Position numbers and translations under genes: made by a program. A stretch of 64,000 bases of DNA from Elusimicrobiota bacterium. Its GTDB lineage: Bacteria; Elusimicrobiota; Elusimicrobia; Elusimicrobiales; UBA9959. Location of the stretch: contig DAIENX010000002.1 of the NCBI GenBank assembly GCA_027340875.1, positions 25,429-89,428 of the forward strand. Direction: 5' to 3'. Shown piece by piece: positions 14,506 through 22,085 of this stretch. Below the pieces are notes generated by a model. That model did not search any database, was not told where the DNA came from, and worked only from the letters and a program-made list of their open reading frames with translations. Positions within the stretch are counted from its first letter, which is position 1; every line of letters begins with the position of its first letter.

Positions 14506-15989
14506 GGGGACTGCTTCTTCTGCCGCTGCTGGCCGCCCTGTCCGGGTGCGGCGGCTTCTATTCGGTCAGGGTGCCTTACCGCCTGCCGGCCAGCCCCGCG
14601 GCCGTTTCCGCCAGGCCGGCTTTGGGAGCGCTCTATCTGGTGCTGGTCCCTCCCGAAGGGGCGGCGGACAGGGAGCCCGGCCTTGCCGGCCTGCTCGGCA
14701 GACAGGGCCCTGACATGGACCTGCCTGCCCTCGCCGGGGCAGCGGCCGCCGCCATCAGGACCCCTTCGGTAAAGGTCTGCGCCTGGAACGTGGAAAGGGC
14801 CAGCGCATCGGCCGGCGCCTTCGCCTCCCGGTTCAGTCCCACCGGCCTGCTGGAGATATCGCTCTCGAGGCCGTCCATTTCCTCCGGGAAGGAGGAAAGG
14901 AGAGTGACCGTGACGGAGAAGGGGAAGAGCCGTCAGGTCAAGAGCAAGGTCTGGGTGTATACCGCCGTAGTCGGAGCGGACGTGAGGCTGTTGTCCTGGC
15001 CGGACCGGCGGCAGCTGGACAGCTGGTCGGATTCCGAGACGGTGTCCGAGGAGCGGGTGGACGATTCCCGCGATCCGGAGGACTGGTATTCCGGGTGGGA
15101 GGACCGGCTTTTCAAGGAGCTGGCCGGTAAAGTCGCCGCCAGGTACTCCGGGCGTACCGTGTTCAGGTCGCGCCCCCTGTTCGCCAAGAACAAGGACAAA
15201 CTTTCGGAGAAGGCCCTGGCGCTGGCGCGCTCCGGGGACTGGAGCGGCGCCGCGGCCATCTGGCGCGAAAGAGCCGCCGCCGGCGGCGGCTGGCGCGACT
15301 ATCTCGGCCTGGCGGTGGCGTCCGAGCTTTCCGGGGACCTTCCTGCCGCCCGCGGCTATTACGACCGCGCCAGGGCCGCCTCGGGCGGGGGAAAGGCCGC
15401 GTCCTCGGTGCGCTGGGAAGAAATATTCGGCGACATCGATTACGCCTCCTCGGCCCCGCCGGAGCGCGCCTGCGACGATTCCTGGTTCGGGGTGAAGACC
15501 GTCCTGCTGCCGTTCTCCGACGAGACCAACAGCGTGGACGGTCCGCCGCTGGTCAGGCAGCTGGTCTACGACCGGCTGAGGGAGGCCGGCTACGACCTGG
15601 TGCCGCTGGAGGCCGCGGACGAGGCCCTCAGGCGCCGCGGCTACAGCGACGGAGGCCAGCTGGCGGCCGCCAGGCCGGAGGAGATCGCTGCCTGGCTGGG
15701 CGCCGGCCGCCTGATATACTGCGATATCAGCGACTATGGCGAGGTCATAGCCGGCGTATACAACAGGCGCATGATAGCCGGCACGGCCAGGATATGGGAG
15801 AAAGGGGCGCCGGAAGTCTCCATCCGGGAAAGCGTGATAAAGATAAGCACGCAGAAGAGCCTGCTCGGCGGCCTCGCCTCACAGCTGGCCAGGGGACTGA
15901 TGGAGAGGATCGGGAACAAGCCGTTGGGCCTTGAGGCGGGTCTTTTCGCCAGGCAGCTGTCATCCGACCTGCCGGCCATGTCCAGATAG
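14502..15989 (+). CDS. lipoprotein with C-terminal DUF799/GNA1162-like domain
   Basis: 495 aa. Lipobox LSGC and an ATGA overlap with the upstream gene. The C-terminal segment VLLPFSDETNSVDG...REAGYDLVP...GAGRLIYCDISDYGE fits the DUF799 pattern as I recall it. Confidence 0.5.
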   Translation: MRGLLLLPLLAALSGCGGFYSVRVPYRLPASPAAVSARPALGALYLVLVPPEGAADREPGLAGLLGRQGPDMDLPALAGAAAAAIRTPSVKVCAWNVERASASAGAFASRFSPTGLLEISLSRPSISSGKEERRVTVTEKGKSRQVKSKVWVYTAVVGADVRLLSWPDRRQLDSWSDSETVSEERVDDSRDPEDWYSGWEDRLFKELAGKVAARYSGRTVFRSRPLFAKNKDKLSEKALALARSGDWSGAAAIWRERAAAGGGWRDYLGLAVASELSGDLPAARGYYDRARAASGGGKAASSVRWEEIFGDIDYASSAPPERACDDSWFGVKTVLLPFSDETNSVDGPPLVRQLVYDRLREAGYDLVPLEAADEALRRRGYSDGGQLAAARPEEIAAWLGAGRLIYCDISDYGEVIAGVYNRRMIAGTARIWEKGAPEVSIRESVIKISTQKSLLGGLASQLARGLMERIGNKPLGLEAGLFARQLSSDLPAMSR

Positions 15990-15996
15990 GAGCGGT

Positions 15997-17277
15997 TCAG
16001 CCGCGCTCGAATACCAGCAGCGTCTCGGCGTGAGGGGTGTTCGGGTAGAAGTCGAAGCCGGCCGAACGGGTCAGTTTGTATTTCTCCAGGAAGAAGGCCG
16101 CATCCCGACCCTGCGTTATCGGGTTGCAGGACAGGTAGATGATCTTCTTCGGCAGTATCTCCATGATGCGCTTTATGACCTTGTTGTGCAGGCCCGCGCG
16201 CGGCGGGTCCAGCACAAGTATGTCCGTGCCGTCGAAGAGGTTCTCCTTTGCCTTTTCGGAAAGCGAGCAGACCGTCTCGAAATTCCTCGCGCCGTTGGCC
16301 TCGGCGTTCAGCGCCGCGTACTTGGCCGAGCTGCCCGAGGCTTCCACCGCCAGCACCTTGTCGGCCAGGTCGCGCAGCGTCAGGCCTATAACGCCTACCC
16401 CCGAATAGAGGTCCACCAGCTTGCCGCATTTGAAGGCGGCCGCCCTTATCTCCTTCAGCGCCTCCGTGAACAGCTCGATGTTGTTCTGGAAGAAGCAGTC
16501 GAAGCCGTAGGAGAACTTCCCGCCGAGTATCTCCTCGGTGACGAAGTCGTCCCCCCAGGACTTCATGATGCCGTCCACCTGGCTGACCGAGCTGACGGGG
16601 TTGGAATAGATGGCCAGGAAGCCGTTGAGACCCTCCACCTTCATGTCGGGGAGCTGTATATCCTGCCTTTTCAGGAACAGGGCAGCCACGCGCGAGCCGG
16701 GGGTCTTGGCCTCGCGGATTATCAGCGTTTTGAGATCCGCCGTAGAAAGTTTCAGGGAGTTCAATATCTCCAGTATCCTCTTCGCGGCGGAGTTCGTTTC
16801 GGGGCTGATCAGCGCGCAGCCCTCGGGCAGCAGGTACTTCTCCCGGTAGTTGCCGCGCTTGTGGAAGGCGAAGGAAAGCGAGCCCGGTTCTCCGGTGAAG
16901 CTGTACTCTATCTTGGTCCGGTAGCCGTACGTCCTCTCGGCGCCGTAGAACTTGTCCAGCCGTATGGTCTCCTTCGTGGTCTGGTAGAGGAGGTCCTCTA
17001 TCAGGGCTTTCTTGGTCTCGCACTGGAAACCGTAGTCCATGACCTGCCACGGTGAACAGCTGAGGTAATGGTCCTCCTTAGGGGTCACGCGGTTAGGCGA
17101 AGGGGTGATTATCTCCAGCAGCTCGGCCTCCGCGAAGTTTCTCTTCTCGAAGGTGGTCCTGACCCGAGCGGTCTCGCCCGGCAGCACGCCGTAGCAGAAG
17201 ACCACCTTGCCCTCGCTGCGGCCTAGCGCCTTGCCTTCCCCTACTATCTTCTTGAATTCCAGCGTTATCTCTCTCAT
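15997..17277 (-). CDS. RNA (uracil-C5)-methyltransferase, TrmA/RlmD family
   Basis: 426 aa. N-terminal TRAM-like beta region, SAM motif LVDLYSGVGVIGL, LVLDPPRAGL and the catalytic YLSCNP motif. Confidence 0.75.
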   Translation of the reverse strand: MREITLEFKKIVGEGKALGRSEGKVVFCYGVLPGETARVRTTFEKRNFAEAELLEIITPSPNRVTPKEDHYLSCSPWQVMDYGFQCETKKALIEDLLYQTTKETIRLDKFYGAERTYGYRTKIEYSFTGEPGSLSFAFHKRGNYREKYLLPEGCALISPETNSAAKRILEILNSLKLSTADLKTLIIREAKTPGSRVAALFLKRQDIQLPDMKVEGLNGFLAIYSNPVSSVSQVDGIMKSWGDDFVTEEILGGKFSYGFDCFFQNNIELFTEALKEIRAAAFKCGKLVDLYSGVGVIGLTLRDLADKVLAVEASGSSAKYAALNAEANGARNFETVCSLSEKAKENLFDGTDILVLDPPRAGLHNKVIKRIMEILPKKIIYLSCNPITQGRDAAFFLEKYKLTRSAGFDFYPNTPHAETLLVFERG

Positions 17278-17389
17278 CGGTGTCCTGCCTTGCCCTCCCC
17301 CGGGCGGACTGCGGGGAGCGGCTGTTGTTCGTGAGGCTCAAAAAACGACGGCTAATATACTACAATACTTGGGGGGACGGCTCCCAATA

Positions 17390-18568
17390 ATGGACCTGTA
17401 CAGCGCGCTTATCAAGATCGACATCCAGCGGGCTTCCCGCGGCTTTCTGCTGAGCCTCGCGTCCGCCGCGCTGGTCCTTAACCTCTCCACCTCGTGGAAG
17501 ATCTTCGGCGGGGTGCCGCTGCGCGAGGCGGCCTCCCGCTCGCTGATGGCGGTGAATTCCTCTTTCTTCTACGATTCCGGCCTCTCGGAGCCAGTGCCGG
17601 TGGCGGCCCTGAAGGCCGGCATGCTTACGGGGGCGGACCCGGACCGGGTGGTCAGGGCCGAGGGCCTGGCTGCCTTAGCGGCGCTGTTCCTGGCTACCCT
17701 TTTCGTGCTCTGGAAGCGCTACGGCGATGCGGCCGCGTCGATGGCCGCGCTTTTCCTGGCGGCTAACCCGTATGCCGGCTACTACGCGATGCAGGGCGCG
17801 TCGCATCTGTACGCCCTTTTCTTCCTCCTGCTCTTCTGGCATTATTTCGACAGCCCGGAAGGCGGAAACCGCCACGCGGCGTTTGCGGGCGTCGCGGGCG
17901 GGCTGGCCTGTCTCAGCAGGCTGGATTCCGCCTGGGCTATGCTGATAATAGCCGCCCTTACCCTGGCGGTGAGGCGCGGGGGGCTGGACCTGAAGCGGGC
18001 TGGCCTTTCATTGGGCCTGGCGCTGCTGCTGTGCCTGCCGTACCTGGCCTGGCAGAAGTCACGGTACGGGAGTTCCATGTATTCGCAGGAGATATCCCTG
18101 AGACGTTGGGATAATGTCGACCGCTTCGGCTATGCCACCGGAGCAAAACGGGAACAGGGCCCGCTCCGGGTGACGGAGTTCGTTTTCCGCAACGGCGCCG
18201 CCGGTCCGCTGAACGACTCCTTCCGCGGCCTGGGAAGGGCGCTTTCCTATGAACTGCCCAAGACACTTTACTACAAGCCGCTGCTGGTGCTGGTCTTTCT
18301 CGGCGTATACGCCGGGTTCCTGCGCAAGAAGGACAGGCTTCTTTTCCTGCTGGCGGCGGTGCTGCTGCCGGTGCTGCCGCTGGCGGCCATCAACGAAGTC
18401 CCGTCCAGCGGCGGTATAGAGCTGAGCTATTATCTGCAGACGCTCTGGGCGCTGTGCGCGCTGGCCGGGCTTGGCCTGCAGGAGACCATGTCCTGGCTAG
18501 AGGAGTCCGGCATTAAATGGGCGGCTTCGCTGGCGGAGCGCGAAAGAAAGCACGGGAGGAAAAGGTGA
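17390..18568 (+). CDS. polytopic membrane protein, possibly a GT-C fold (ArnT/PMT-like) glycosyltransferase
   Basis: Start at MDLYSAL (Met62 of ORF 17207..18568), downstream of TACAAT at 17361-17366. Many predicted TM helices. The family call is weak. Confidence 0.35.
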   Translation: MDLYSALIKIDIQRASRGFLLSLASAALVLNLSTSWKIFGGVPLREAASRSLMAVNSSFFYDSGLSEPVPVAALKAGMLTGADPDRVVRAEGLAALAALFLATLFVLWKRYGDAAASMAALFLAANPYAGYYAMQGASHLYALFFLLLFWHYFDSPEGGNRHAAFAGVAGGLACLSRLDSAWAMLIIAALTLAVRRGGLDLKRAGLSLGLALLLCLPYLAWQKSRYGSSMYSQEISLRRWDNVDRFGYATGAKREQGPLRVTEFVFRNGAAGPLNDSFRGLGRALSYELPKTLYYKPLLVLVFLGVYAGFLRKKDRLLFLLAAVLLPVLPLAAINEVPSSGGIELSYYLQTLWALCALAGLGLQETMSWLEESGIKWAASLAERERKHGRKR

Positions 18569-19512
18569 AAATTCCAGTAAAGCACAAGTTCATCGCCGTC
18601 GTGGCGCTGATGTTCCTGCTCCCGTTCCTGCTGTTGAGCAGGCATTTCGTCTACGGCGAGCGGGAGATCCAGCAGCGGGACACGGTAGCCTACCTGGAGC
18701 TGCGCACCGTCACGGCCGCCTCGATCATCTCGGACGTGCTCAACCTGAACTACAGCCTCAACCGGATAGCGGGGCCGGAGGTCCAGTCCGGGGCGCAGGC
18801 CGTAAAGAAAGAGCTGGCTGCGCGCGTCAAGCAGAACCCTTTCGTCTATTCCGAGCTCGCGCTGCTGTCCGTTTCCGGTTCCGAGCTCGCCCGGTTCTCC
18901 GCGTACAAGGAGCCGGGGCCGCGGCTCGACTACGCCAAGAGCGACGTCTTCGCGGCGGCCAAGAAGACCTCCTCCCCGGCCGGGGCCGTGGAGTACGGGG
19001 AGTATACCCCGCCTGCGCTGGTGCTGACGGAGCCGCTCTACCGCAACGGCACGCCGGCCTATTACGCCGCCGGCCGTCTGAGCCTCGGCTACCTGGGAGA
19101 GGTCGTGCGGACGATGGGCCGCAATTCCCGCGGCAGCTTCGGACTGGTGGACATGGGCGGGCAGGTGATAGCGGATTCCCAGAGCATGTCCATAGTCCGC
19201 CCCGGGCTGAAAGCGCCTCCGGAGGTGCTCAAGATGGTCGCCGTGGCGGCCGGCAGGGAGTCCAGCAGCTTTTCCGGGGAGGCGAGCTTCCGCGGCAGGA
19301 CCCTGCTGGCGGCCGTGGCCAACGTCCCCGGCTCTATGTGGTGGGTATATGAGATAGTCGACCCGGCCCGATTGCCTGCGCGCACCGGATCGTTCTGGGT
19401 CTGGCGGGTGGTGCTGTCCGGCGTGGGGCTGATCATCGCGTTCAGCGTAATAACCTGGATGCTGGCCATGCGCTGGCTGGCCGGTGGCGATACCGGGTCC
19501 GCCGGCTCCTAG
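18565..19512 (+). CDS. membrane-anchored Cache-like periplasmic sensor domain protein without an output domain
   Basis: GTG 18565 overlaps the upstream TGA (GTGA) and GGGAGGAAAAG lies upstream. Layout is TM1, a ~270-aa extracytoplasmic region (..GSFGLVDMGGQVIADSQ..) and TM2, ending ~15 aa later. Confidence 0.45.
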   Translation: MKIPVKHKFIAVVALMFLLPFLLLSRHFVYGEREIQQRDTVAYLELRTVTAASIISDVLNLNYSLNRIAGPEVQSGAQAVKKELAARVKQNPFVYSELALLSVSGSELARFSAYKEPGPRLDYAKSDVFAAAKKTSSPAGAVEYGEYTPPALVLTEPLYRNGTPAYYAAGRLSLGYLGEVVRTMGRNSRGSFGLVDMGGQVIADSQSMSIVRPGLKAPPEVLKMVAVAAGRESSSFSGEASFRGRTLLAAVANVPGSMWWVYEIVDPARLPARTGSFWVWRVVLSGVGLIIAFSVITWMLAMRWLAGGDTGSAGS

Positions 19513-19680
19513 GAGCCTGTCCGGCATAAGGCTTTCATGCGTGAAATTGACGATTTTGTTGACGAGCCGAAGCGACGCGAGGCGAGCATCCTCGAAGAGA
19601 GGCTGTGAGCAGAGCGGCGCAAAGGCGCAGGCCAAAAGCGGAAATTGCAGGCGAAATTGCTTATGTCGGACCGGCTCCTA
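19510..19680. repeat. 171-bp element bounded by 21-bp imperfect terminal inverted repeats (MITE/REP-like or structured 3' UTR)
   Basis: The left repeat TAGGAGCCTGTCCGGCATAAG (19510-19530) matches the reverse complement of CTTATGTCGGACCGGCTCCTA (19660-19680) at 19 of 21 positions. The interior is lower in GC and carries GAAATTG three times (19543, 19641, 19653). Confidence 0.5.
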
Positions 19681-19701
19681 AGGGCGTTTTTCCGGCCCAT
19701 G

Positions 19702-19710
19702 TGCTATAAT
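19702..19710 (+). promoter_or_regulatory. extended -10 promoter element (TGcTATAAT) upstream of the GH13 gene
   Basis: TGCTATAAT lies 50 nt upstream of ATG 19760. Confidence 0.4.
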
Positions 19711-19759
19711 TGAACCGTGAGGGCGCCCGCCGCGCAGGCCGCGGGCCGATAAACAGGTC

Positions 19760-21259
19760 ATGCTCCGCTCCAATCCGCACCTGATAGAGATAAACGCCAG
19801 GCTGTGGCTGAAACAGCTCAGGGCCAAGTATTCCCAGCCTGAGCTGACGCTCTCGTCCATCCCTGACGACGAATGGCTGCAGCTTCGCCATCTTGGCATC
19901 GACATAGTCTGGCTGGTGGGCGTCTGGGAGCCCAGCCCGGAATCCGAGCGCATAGCCAGGCAGGACAAGGCCCTGCTGGAAGAGGTCAAGACCATCCCGC
20001 CGGGCTTCGGGCCGGAGGACCTCTGTTCGTCCCCTTACTCCATCCACTGGTACCGCCTGAACCAGGACCTGGGCTTCGAATGGGAGCTCAAGGCCCTGCG
20101 CGAGAAGCTGAATTCCATGGGGATGAAGCTGATGGTGGACCTGGTCTCCAACCACACCTCCAGGGACAATCCTTACATCCGGGAATGCCCGGACTGCTTC
20201 ATACACGGCACGGAGAAGGACTTCGCCGAGCACCCGGACTGGTTCTACGAGATGGAAGGGGGGGACGGCAGGAAGCTCTACATCGCCTACGGCCGTGACC
20301 CCAACTTCCCCGCCTGGACGGACAGCGCGCAGCTCAACTATTTCAATCCCGCCGCCAGGGAGCGGATGCTCTCGGTGCTGATGCGCATAGCGGACATGGC
20401 CGACGGCGTGCGCTGCGACATGGTGATGCTGACCCTGAACGAGATCCACGAGGCCACGTGGGGCTGGCTGCTGGGGCGCAACGGCTACCGCCGTCCGGAC
20501 GAAGAGTTCTGGGACGGGGCGATCCGCGCTGTCAGGGAGAAGCACCCCGAGTTCATCTTCCTGGCCGAGGTCTATTGGGGCTTGGAGTGGCGCGTGCAGC
20601 AGATGGGCTTCGACTATACCTACGACAAGGGCACCTACGACAGGCTCCGCTTCCAGGGGCCCCAGGAAGTGCGCGGACACCTGCGCGCCGAGAAGCTCTA
20701 CCAGAAGCGCTCGGCCCGTTTCATCGACAACCACGACGAGCAGCCCTCCCTTACGGCTTTCGGCCGTCAGAAGGCCATGTCGGCTGCGGTGATAATCTCC
20801 ACCATCAAGGGCCTGCGCTTCTATAACGACAACCAGCTGGACGGCGTTCCGATACGCCCGCCCCTGCAGCTGGCCGGGCTTTATGACAGGCCGTCGGACC
20901 AGGAGGTCCGGAAATTCTATTCCAAGCTGCTGAAGATAACCGATCACCCTGCTTTCCACGGAGGGGAGTGGTCGCTGCTGGAGGTCCGCAAGTGCGACAA
21001 GGAGAACAAGACCAACGCCAATATCCTCGCCTGGTCCTGGGCCCAGCGCCGCACGCTGAAGGTCGTAGTGGTCAACTACTCCGGAGAGCCGTCCTGCGGC
21101 GTGATCAACATCTCCCTCAAGAGCGATGGCGAGACGAAGGCCATCTTCGAGGAGCTGTCCGACAGGTTCTTCTCTTTCAAGGCGGGGGACCTGGCCGGCG
21201 GCCTGCGGCTGCAGGAGATGGCCCCCTATTCGGCCTACATCTTCGACGTGGAATTCTGA
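19760..21259 (+). CDS. alpha-amylase family (GH13) glycoside hydrolase
   Basis: 499 aa. GH13 conserved regions DLVSNHTS (I), GVRCDMV (II), FLAEVYW (III) and FIDNHD (IV). Confidence 0.8.
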   Translation: MLRSNPHLIEINARLWLKQLRAKYSQPELTLSSIPDDEWLQLRHLGIDIVWLVGVWEPSPESERIARQDKALLEEVKTIPPGFGPEDLCSSPYSIHWYRLNQDLGFEWELKALREKLNSMGMKLMVDLVSNHTSRDNPYIRECPDCFIHGTEKDFAEHPDWFYEMEGGDGRKLYIAYGRDPNFPAWTDSAQLNYFNPAARERMLSVLMRIADMADGVRCDMVMLTLNEIHEATWGWLLGRNGYRRPDEEFWDGAIRAVREKHPEFIFLAEVYWGLEWRVQQMGFDYTYDKGTYDRLRFQGPQEVRGHLRAEKLYQKRSARFIDNHDEQPSLTAFGRQKAMSAAVIISTIKGLRFYNDNQLDGVPIRPPLQLAGLYDRPSDQEVRKFYSKLLKITDHPAFHGGEWSLLEVRKCDKENKTNANILAWSWAQRRTLKVVVVNYSGEPSCGVINISLKSDGETKAIFEELSDRFFSFKAGDLAGGLRLQEMAPYSAYIFDVEF

Positions 21260-21277
21260 GCGGCGTCGCTCTGGGCA

Positions 21278-21307
21278 GAAGGCCGGCTGAAGCCGGCCTT
21301 TCTTTTT
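21278..21307. terminator. rho-independent terminator between the convergent GH13 and comF genes
   Basis: Stem GAAGGCCGGC / GCCGGCCTT(T), loop TGAA, followed by TTTCTTTTT. Confidence 0.75.
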
Positions 21308-21324
21308 GGTATGCGGCCGGAGCT

Positions 21325-22053
21325 TTACGGCTCCCGGGCCAGAGTGAAAGCCGCTACGGATACCGCCCCGGCCCGCCGGAGCCCGGAAGCCAGCTCCCTA
21401 AGGGTGGCCAGCGTGGTGGCCACGTCGTCCACAAGCAGTATGGACCTGCCTTTGACCAGCTCCGGCCTGGCCACCGAGAAGGCCCCCTCCACGTTCGCCA
21501 GCCTTTCCCGCTTGGAAAGAGCGGTCTGGCTGCCCGTATCCCTGTTCCTCGCCGCCGCGCCCTCCAGATGGAAAAGGTTGGCGCGGGCGGGCAGCGCGGC
21601 GGCCAGCAGCCCGGCCTGGTTGAAGCCTCTCTCCCGTTCCCGCGACGGATGCAGCGGCACCGCCACCGCGAAGCCGTGGCCGGCCAGCTCCGGGAAGCGC
21701 GGCAGCGCCGCGGCCATTTCAGCGCCGAGCCAAGCCGCCAGGTCGCTCCTTCCGCGGTATTTCAGCGCGTGCACGAGCGAGCGCAGCTGCGGGTTGAAGA
21801 CGAAAGCGGAGCGGGCAGCGGACAACGGGCCGCCGCGGGCGCCGCGGCAGTCCCTGCAGGAGGCCCCGCCGTCGGGCAGCGGCAGGCCGCAGAAAGCGCA
21901 GTACGGAGCTCGCAGCGGCTCCAGCCCCCCGGCGCACGGCGCGCAGAGCGGCTCCCCGGCCAGGTAATGCAGGTCCTCTCCGCAATGGGCGCAGGTCCGC
22001 GGCAGCAGCGCGTTCAGCAGCCATTTGCCGGCCTTCGAGAGCGCCGTTCTCAT
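21325..22053 (-). CDS. comF: ComF-family protein (phosphoribosyltransferase domain)
   Basis: Start at MRTALSK (Met36 of ORF 21325..22158). N-terminal CxxC pairs (CAHCG, CAPC, CAFCG, CRDC) and the PRTase motif ILLVDDVATTLATL. Confidence 0.75.
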   Translation of the reverse strand: MRTALSKAGKWLLNALLPRTCAHCGEDLHYLAGEPLCAPCAGGLEPLRAPYCAFCGLPLPDGGASCRDCRGARGGPLSAARSAFVFNPQLRSLVHALKYRGRSDLAAWLGAEMAAALPRFPELAGHGFAVAVPLHPSRERERGFNQAGLLAAALPARANLFHLEGAAARNRDTGSQTALSKRERLANVEGAFSVARPELVKGRSILLVDDVATTLATLRELASGLRRAGAVSVAAFTLAREP

Positions 22054-22085
22054 GTGATCCCCCTGTAGGCCCTCCCGGACCTGTG

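Noticed and set aside
19661-20959. 432-aa minus-strand ORF opposite the GH13 gene
   Set aside because: No motifs and biased composition. The plus strand has all four GH13 conserved regions.
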